Below, piece by piece: positions 56,873-64,000 of a stretch of 64,000 nt of DNA. The notes below the pieces were generated by a model, which saw only the letters and a program-made list of their open reading frames with translations, ran no database searches and was not told the DNA's origin. The DNA comes from Epithemia pelagica. Taxonomy: Eukaryota; Protista; Bacillariophyta. Both the position numbers and the translations under genes were made by a program. The DNA lies in the NCBI GenBank assembly GCA_946965045.2, contig OX337242.1, positions 434,001 through 498,000 on the forward strand, written 5' to 3'. Positions within the stretch are counted from its first letter, which is position 1. Every line of letters starts with the position of its first letter.

Positions 56873-57415
56873 ACTCCGAAAATAAAGGGGCAGAGCGGTC
56901 GGTCGGAACTCGGAACGCCCCTCCATTTTTGGGGGGTGCCGGGATGGCCGCTTCTGAGTCGCTCCAAAGTGTGTGGTCAGTGACGGTGTCAAAGGTTATG
57001 TTGCCGCGAATTCTGCATGGAGGAGTCGCACAAAAAATGTTGGACCGTCACACGGGGGGGGGGGTCATTTTTCTTAAATATCTCGATGGGACGACGACAA
57101 GAGCTGTGGGCAGAGAACGAAATACAAAAAGAGACTACCTCGTAGGTCCAACAAGAACAAGACAACAACATTCAAGAGAAACACTGCTAGTAACAAAGAG
57201 ATAGGCTCGAAAAAGAAACAAGCGTGAAATCAAGAGAGAGAGGTGCCTCTCGCTCGTTGTATGTATATACCGGTGCCATTACCCATCACATACAGTTACT
57301 CCTCAACAACAAACCCACCCGAGAATCCACGCTCGCTCTCCTGGGGACCGAACCACACGCCACCAAACGGTCCTTCTTTCGAACGACCCATGACCAAACC
57401 AACCACAACAGACTC

Positions 57416-60397
57416 ATGACGCAGACACTGCCGCCACAACAATCGTTTTCCTGGAACAAGAAGCAGACCACCACCACCACCAAGCCAACCATCACCATCC
57501 AAGAGGATGATGGAGACGTACCAACACACCAACGACGACGAAAACCACAAAGACGACGACGACGTGGGCTAGTTTTATTCCCTGGACGTCAACCACAATA
57601 CGGTCCTGGTTATTGTTCCATGGTATCTATTAGTTTGGGAATCCTGGGTCTGGGTATGGTCTTGACTCAAGTCTTTACCTCCCTGCACCTGGCCTCGTCA
57701 ACCTACACGACCATCTCCTTGGCCATGAATGTCTTGGTCGTCCCCGAAGAATCCATGCTCGTCTTGTTGCAATCACAACAACAACAATCACAACCACCAC
57801 TGCCATCTCCCTCTATTGTATCCAATAACAACCACAACCACAACTACACGTTTCATCCCTATCGCATTCCTCCCAATCGTACCACCCATGCCTCGTCGTG
57901 GGCCTGTCCGGGATGTCATTGGACCGTCATTGGCAATCCCAAACATGGTGTCACATGTGGTACCAAATGGCATCAATGGATCACCAAACAACAACAACAA
58001 CAACAACAACGTTCCAACCCCAACGAGCTGCCACACTCAGGCCATCGTCCGGCCAACCTCACAGCTGCGACTGCGGTGTTTGCTTCGTGGAAGGGTGGCA
58101 ATCGGACGAGCAGCCTGCACTTGCCGGTAGTAGACCAAGACAACCATACCAACAACAACAACAACAAAAATGACGATTGGGGGTTGGAGTGGCAATCGTA
58201 TATCGTCCTCAGTCAACAACACAGCGAATGTACCCGTCCCTGCAATCCTTGGACCTGTCGTCATCCACTCCAAGAATCATCCTTGGCAACCAAACAAGGC
58301 CCTGCAACCGCAAGGAACAACAACACATCCAGCAGCACGACACGGCTGGACTCGGTATCTCCTCCGGATGGTGATTCTTCTGTTGTATCCTCCTCGTCAC
58401 CATCATCGTCATCACAACAACCACAGTCGTCCAGGATGATTCGACAACAGCAGTATTGGTATTGGAATGCCACCATTCCGCAATTTGTCCAAGCCCGGAC
58501 CTATCCCTCCTTGTCGTGTTTGCCAGCCCATGCTCGCTTTCAATCGCACTATCAAACCGCCGACGAATTGCAACAGGCCATGGAAACGGGAGCCTTCAAC
58601 ATTACGCAATACTTGGATGAGGCCTGGCAGTTTCCATTGACGAGTACCAAGAACCAACCATCCAACGAAACAGTTGACGGCAACACCCGTGAACATTCTG
58701 CATCATCCTCACAACAACAACCACCACCACAACAACACTTTGGATTGGACGAGATTCAACGACGCCGCACACATATTTTTGTCGAATACAATCCCACACT
58801 GACGCGGTTGCCCAACAATTGGAATCACTACAAAACAACAACGACAGCGGGTGATACGAATTATAATGAGGATGACAATGACCCAAACAATCCCATTACC
58901 TACTTGGCTTCCTTTCGTGTTACTCCCTGGCAATCCTGTTTGCCCTGGTTCAATTATACCGAAACCTTTGCCCGTCTGCAATGGGAACAATTTCGGAATA
59001 TCAATGCCTTGGGATTGGCATTGGTCCGGGCCGATTTGAGCTTGGTGCAGGAAAGTACAACGGTTGTGCCTTTGGAATCTGCTCTCCGATCACGAGCGGT
59101 ATCCTCCTTTCGTGGACAATATGTCGATTATCGATTGCAAACCCTCTATTATGACCCTTTTTTGTCCTCTTCGTCCAACCACGAGGAACAACCACAAGAA
59201 GGACACTTGTATCTCAATATCAATGGTCCTCCCGTTCATCTTCTTCCCATTCGCATTGCGTGGAATCCTCACCACCACCACCACCGTGAGGATGCACCAC
59301 CACAACCCACCAATTCGTGGATGCGCATCCATCCCTGGTATGGAGAAAGCGAGGCCCTCTCCTTGTTTGTCTCCAAGACAGTGTATCGATTTCAGGATAG
59401 AAACGGCAAAAATTATGCCATTTTTCAAACGCCAGCAGTCGTATCTCGTGGCGGTGTTGGTGCCGCTGCTGGTACTTCTTCTACCTCCTCCCAGCATCCA
59501 CAAATGTCCGACACTCTCACGGTGGAATACAATATTTGGGGACCACGCCGAGTCCAATCCGTTCGTCTTCCTACCCAGCACTTGGACAATCATGACAACA
59601 CGGAAACAAAGAAAAAGGAGGGATGGGTTGTGGATTCTGGTCAACGGCATGGCAGTGTGGTCATGCAATCCATGGAGCCAACTACGGATATTGTGACGGA
59701 TGACAACTTGACTTTGGATCACAAGGTACCGCCCTCTTCCTTTGCCACGGTCGATGAATTGTGGTTCCCCCAACATCCCGTATTTAAGGTTGCTCCACAT
59801 GGAGGTGCCTGTTGTGTTCCGCTGCCAATCTCCAAGTCTGCCCGTCACCAAATCTTTCAGTTTCGGCATCCCAATGGCACATCCAGTAGTAGTAGTCAAA
59901 ATACGACCACCATGGAGGATACCCCGTATGATACAATCATGGTGGGTGTCGGTCATACCAAAGTGCCGCATCGTCCTTGGATGAAACAACCCAAACATGC
60001 CGAACGCGTCAAGGATCACCCGCCTCATCAATATGTTTCTTTTTTCTATGCCCTCGAACCCGTCCCTCCATTGTATCGCGTCGTGGCTCGATCCGGTACC
60101 TTTTGTTTGCCCTGGGCCCTTTCCGAAACCGAACGCGAAACCAATGCCCGTACCTGGTGGAGCACGTGGAAACCCCTCAATTTGAAACGACAAGAGTTTG
60201 CTCCCTGTCCCGAAATTTCCTTTGTCACGGGAATTCTTCCCCATGCCACCATCCCACATCATGTCATTGTCACCTACGGTGTCAATGATTGTACCTCCCA
60301 TGTCATTGTGCTGCACGAACAAGAAATTCTTCGTCTGCTTTTTGACGGCATGGACGACGACGACCATGACAACAATGACGAAGAGTCTCACGTTTGA
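57416..60397 (+). CDS. About 993-aa type-II membrane protein with a probable five-bladed beta-propeller glycosidase/glycosyltransferase-like domain
   Basis: TM segment ISLGILGLGMVLTQVFTSL; motifs FVEYNPTL, GKNYAIF, PHGGACC, GVGHTK, YVSFFYALEPVPPLYRVVARSGTFCL, EISFVTGI...VIVTYGVNDC. The terminal blade resembles GH130/Bmt-type propellers. Confidence 0.65.
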   Translation: MTQTLPPQQSFSWNKKQTTTTTKPTITIQEDDGDVPTHQRRRKPQRRRRRGLVLFPGRQPQYGPGYCSMVSISLGILGLGMVLTQVFTSLHLASSTYTTISLAMNVLVVPEESMLVLLQSQQQQSQPPLPSPSIVSNNNHNHNYTFHPYRIPPNRTTHASSWACPGCHWTVIGNPKHGVTCGTKWHQWITKQQQQQQQRSNPNELPHSGHRPANLTAATAVFASWKGGNRTSSLHLPVVDQDNHTNNNNNKNDDWGLEWQSYIVLSQQHSECTRPCNPWTCRHPLQESSLATKQGPATARNNNTSSSTTRLDSVSPPDGDSSVVSSSSPSSSSQQPQSSRMIRQQQYWYWNATIPQFVQARTYPSLSCLPAHARFQSHYQTADELQQAMETGAFNITQYLDEAWQFPLTSTKNQPSNETVDGNTREHSASSSQQQPPPQQHFGLDEIQRRRTHIFVEYNPTLTRLPNNWNHYKTTTTAGDTNYNEDDNDPNNPITYLASFRVTPWQSCLPWFNYTETFARLQWEQFRNINALGLALVRADLSLVQESTTVVPLESALRSRAVSSFRGQYVDYRLQTLYYDPFLSSSSNHEEQPQEGHLYLNINGPPVHLLPIRIAWNPHHHHHREDAPPQPTNSWMRIHPWYGESEALSLFVSKTVYRFQDRNGKNYAIFQTPAVVSRGGVGAAAGTSSTSSQHPQMSDTLTVEYNIWGPRRVQSVRLPTQHLDNHDNTETKKKEGWVVDSGQRHGSVVMQSMEPTTDIVTDDNLTLDHKVPPSSFATVDELWFPQHPVFKVAPHGGACCVPLPISKSARHQIFQFRHPNGTSSSSSQNTTTMEDTPYDTIMVGVGHTKVPHRPWMKQPKHAERVKDHPPHQYVSFFYALEPVPPLYRVVARSGTFCLPWALSETERETNARTWWSTWKPLNLKRQEFAPCPEISFVTGILPHATIPHHVIVTYGVNDCTSHVIVLHEQEILRLLFDGMDDDDHDNNDEESHV

Positions 60398-61198
60398 CCG
60401 GGTCGGCCTACTTTGAAATCGAATGGAGCCGTGGCTGTTTTGGGGGCATGGAGAGCAAACGAGCAACCTCGCTCATTTTCAATCTCTATTTTCAACTGCT
60501 GGAATGTGTTTCCTGGTGGAATGTGACTTTTTTCTCTTGGTTGTTTTCCGTTTCGGCAGCCGATGCCGGACGAATGACATCCGTGTCATGAGTCTTAGAG
60601 TCACGGTGCCATAGCCAAACCATGAATTGGATGTGTTGTTCCATCAAGGTGACATGGGCATAGCTAGCGATCCTATAAAAGACTATAGGATGCAAGTCAA
60701 CCAGAGGACAATAATATGTGGCACCTTACGAGACCAAGAAGTAACCGACACTGCCTACCATATAGATAAACATTACGAGTAACGAATATGGTCTATCTAA
60801 AAGTATTTCAGAATGATGAGGGAAGATTTGACTTGAGACTACCCAATGCTCGTTCCGGCTCTTATCGGAATGGATCCAAGAGAATATACATAGCTTTGCA
60901 CGAGGTAGTTCCAAATTGAAATTGCATGTTGCTCCTTGTTCGAAAGACGCCAGTCATCCATTGGAAGACAACGAGACAAGGGATGCCCCAAATCTCAACT
61001 TGTATGTCGTTTCGAAAAACCAGTTCTCACTGCATGGAACTGTCCTTTGTGAGAGAATCCACAACACAGACAGATGGAAAACACCATGACCTTTTGTTCC
61101 TCCTCTCTTGTTCGAATCACCACGGATGAAAATGCTCTGATAAGAAGTCTGTTCGTGTTGAAATACTGTTTCTGCTTTGATGTTAATCGAAATGTGGA

Positions 61199-61858
61199 TT
61201 ATTTCGGATCCTGCTGGTAACTGACTTGCGGTGGCAAGCCCCGGGCAGCTGCCACAAGAGCATTGGCATCGTAGCGATCCAATTCTTGAGGATCGACGGG
61301 AGACATGGCTTGACTCATGCGACTCCGGCCTTTCTTCTTCTTCTTGTCTGCAGTCTCGTTGCTTTCCTCATCCACTTCTTCGACATGTCCATATCCCTTG
61401 TAGTGTTTGTGATGATGTTCGTCAAAGTCCCAATCGGGATCTCGACCAATGTCCCGCGATCCGGAATTCATAAAGGCTCCACGTCGCGTTTGGGCCGCTG
61501 TCAAGGCATCGTCGCGTTCGTTCAAATTTTCAATCCACCACCAAGCCAACAGGGGAAAGGAGGAGGCCACGACAAACAAGGAGATGGAGGCCCCCAAGGT
61601 TTGATTCAAACCCCCCCGACGCGAATGTCGCAAGGCACGATGACTGGCCAAATGAGCCTTGGCTTCTTCCTCCAAATATTGCTCCCGCGACGTAGCAGAA
61701 ACAGTAGTAGAAGCAGCCGCCTGGTTGGCAGTGACATTGGAAATGGGTCCGGTCACTTTGGTGGGTGGTGTCGGTGGTGGCGAAGGGCCTCGATTCACGT
61801 GTCGCATCAGTTCTCGTTGCACATGACGAGGAAGATTTTTGAACGAGGAAGACGACAT
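61199..61858 (-). CDS. 219-aa conserved hypothetical single-TM protein
   Basis: ORF from ATG to TAA. TM segment LGASISLFVVASSFPLLAWWWI, followed by a conserved-looking motif LTAAQTRRGAFMNSGSRDIGRDPDWD. Confidence 0.8.
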   Translation of the reverse strand: MSSSSFKNLPRHVQRELMRHVNRGPSPPPTPPTKVTGPISNVTANQAAASTTVSATSREQYLEEEAKAHLASHRALRHSRRGGLNQTLGASISLFVVASSFPLLAWWWIENLNERDDALTAAQTRRGAFMNSGSRDIGRDPDWDFDEHHHKHYKGYGHVEEVDEESNETADKKKKKGRSRMSQAMSPVDPQELDRYDANALVAAARGLPPQVSYQQDPK

Positions 61859-62089
61859 GTGTTGTTCACTAAAAGGTTTGAATCGATATCAGAATCTAGA
61901 AGCAGCTCTATAATATGGAAATGGGTTGGAGTGTTTGGAGTGCTCGAATGATGTGGAGCAGTTCGCGGCATATGCATCATCATGGTGGTGATGGGTGCAG
62001 AGCCCGTCGACGGCCAGACTCAAGACGGTTAAAGGAGCGACTGCGTTTTATGAGTCCCGGAAAGACTGACGAACTTCATTTTTTTCATT

Positions 62090-64000
62090 CAACGACACAC
62101 CATACCAAGATATACATTGTGTCTCAACAAAACACTGACGAACAAACTCAACAACGAGCAAGCAAAAAGAGCACAACTCAGACTGCGCAACAACGACCCC
62201 AACGACGACGGAATGGGCGCATCGGCCACACCGCATCCATCATGGATGATACATCGGTATGCCTGCCACACTGTGACATACCATGGTTTCTTCACCGCTT
62301 CGAAGAGCTTGGCAAACCCCTAGGAATTGTTTTAAACAAATTAAAAACGACCATCCTCACCTCCACCAAAGGACACTCCCCGTCCAACCTGGACGAAAAA
62401 CAAACACACAGCCTCAATCAAGCACTATCGTTTCTGTCGCCCGATGACCCCTCAAAAGCAGAAATAACAAGCGGTGTGAGATTCCTTGGTCAACCAATCG
62501 GATCCACTGCCTTTGCACGACAGTACATCAACAAAAAATTACAAGGCATGCAACACAAAATGAATTGCCTTCTCCAACTCGACGACCTCCAAACACAGCA
62601 CAATCTCTTTAAATTTACGATGGTCTCAGCAATCCTGCACCTGCTACCGACCGATATCAACTTAGCATACAAGCAGACCAACCCAAGAACGACCCTCTGG
62701 TCCAGTCCAACAACAACACAGACAGAACAACTGATCACAAATTTCCTGGCAAAACTCACCTCCCTACCAGAAAATGAAATCTCCACGTCCTCAGCACTCA
62801 TCGCCACGATTCCACAACGACTGGGGGGACTCGGATACCAACAGGCAGCGGTGGCGGCCTATCCTCGTCTGCTGACACAAACAGCCCGGGCGATAGCTCT
62901 GGCAACATCAACCGACACTCCAATCCCACTCGTTCACCAACGAGAACTGTCGAACTGGAAAGATAGTACCGACGAATATATGACAACCTTCCGTAAGACT
63001 CTGTCACTTTTCGCAAACGAATACGCAGAAGAGAGCTTATACGTACCAAAGAGGTATGATCACACAACACACAATCGCCTTTTGAACCACACTGTGCAAG
63101 AGCACACAATCCCAAAACTATTCACAGAAACCGACCCAAAGCAGCGAATCTTTTTGCCCGGCTTACTTTCGCCCCTCAGGAGTATGGCCCTCTCTCTTCC
63201 ACTAACCGCAACCAAATTCCGTTTCCAAAACAGTGTCTTCCGAACCGCCATCAAACGGAAATTGAGATTACCTTTGTTCGTCCGAGACCCCACACAATCC
63301 TGGCCCCAACGATGTCGCTGCTCAGCCACAAAAGCGATCGACCCAATGGGTGACCATCTGTACTCATGCACCTCTGCTTCCAAAACACCTCTATCCAATG
63401 CCATCAGAGACACACTCTACGACATTCTCCGCCAAATCGCTCCAGCAGCCGAAGCCGTCGACACTCCCCATGATGTCCACATCGAACCCCCAGGTTTGAC
63501 ACCACAACACCAAAGAAACATTAGACCAGCAGACGTCGGTATGCTCCTGTCCAAGCCGCACAAAAACTCACCGTTTCAATACGTCGCGATTGACATTACT
63601 ATCCCACCTCCCCAACAACCCCAAACCATTCTTGACCCGTCCGACCACAACACACTCGCCACTTTGGCATCTAGGACGCATCAAGAAGCGGCAAGGGCCA
63701 AGTTTTGCCGGGACCCCGAGACATCAAAACACCTTCTCCACAATGGCATATACCTTCTACCTTTTACGGTAGACCATCTTGGAGCGCTTGGTTCATTTGC
63801 CAACCGTCTCCTTTTTCCATCAATTTATCAACCACATCTGTTCTCAACGACACAACCACCCCCTTGGACCAACGCCTTCTTCGGAAAAGACGAAACAAGA
63901 AGCAAAGCACATCCTGACTCTTTCAAGAAGCGTCAGACGCACCAAGCAACCTCCTTACCGCCGCCAACAGCAAAACAAAAAAATTCTCCTACCCAGAAGC
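62090..64000 (+). mobile_element. 5'-truncated CRE-like non-LTR retrotransposon (RT C-terminal part, CCHC finger, restriction-like endonuclease), continuing beyond the window
   Basis: A stop-free frame runs from at least 62239 to 64000 (absent from the ORF track, presumably because it has no stop in the window). It reads SIMDD...LGIVLNKLKT...GVRFLGQPIGS...LGGLG...CRC-x6-DPMGDHLYSC (63313)...RPADV (63523)...VAIDIT...LLPFTVDHLGALG. The upstream RT linker (KRAQLRLRNNDPNDDGMG) is in another frame, implying a frameshift near 62230. Confidence 0.9.

Noticed and set aside
59090-60466. 458-aa minus-strand ORF, and similar long overlapping ORFs at 15479-16363, 17051-17812, 54218-55108 and 61226-61951
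   Set aside because: Antisense or alternative-frame shadows of motif-supported genes, produced by codon bias and low-complexity sequence.
1-64000. tRNA or rRNA genes
   Set aside because: The GTTCGA-like T-loop matches I checked (e.g. about 9765, 61110) lack cloverleaf stems, and no rRNA-like sequence was recognised.

Overview
Eukaryotic nuclear DNA, most likely a pennate (raphid) diatom. The taxon is inferred from the gene families present, short GT-AG introns, abundant AAC/CAT/GA microsatellites and long low-complexity proteins. Manual splicing gives about 19 intact genes. They include iscA, a 4-exon acireductone dioxygenase, an inositol 5-phosphatase with a C2 domain, a 3-exon PB1-like protein, a rhodanese with a hydrophobic C-tail, an EXD2-like HNH-type protein without an exonuclease domain, and two tandem Kelch genes. 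From 31.7 to 60.4 kb there is a concentration of six predicted type-II membrane glycan-modifying enzymes: two sulfotransferases, two GT7 beta-1,4-galactosyltransferase-like paralogs differing by one intron, a two-module putative rhamnosyltransferase-like protein and a beta-propeller glyco-enzyme. Embedded among them is an atypical lipoxygenase fused to a multi-pass membrane domain. Disrupted or mobile DNA includes a repeat-protein pseudogene carrying an inverted SET-domain fragment, a YghU-type GST with a frameshift and an in-frame TGA, two MITEs (one with a 7-bp TSD and internal telomere-like repeats), a 113-bp palindromic motif array, and a 5'-truncated CRE-like non-LTR retrotransposon running off the right end. 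No rRNA, tRNA or CRISPR array was seen. All domain calls come from motif recognition by eye; no database searches were run.
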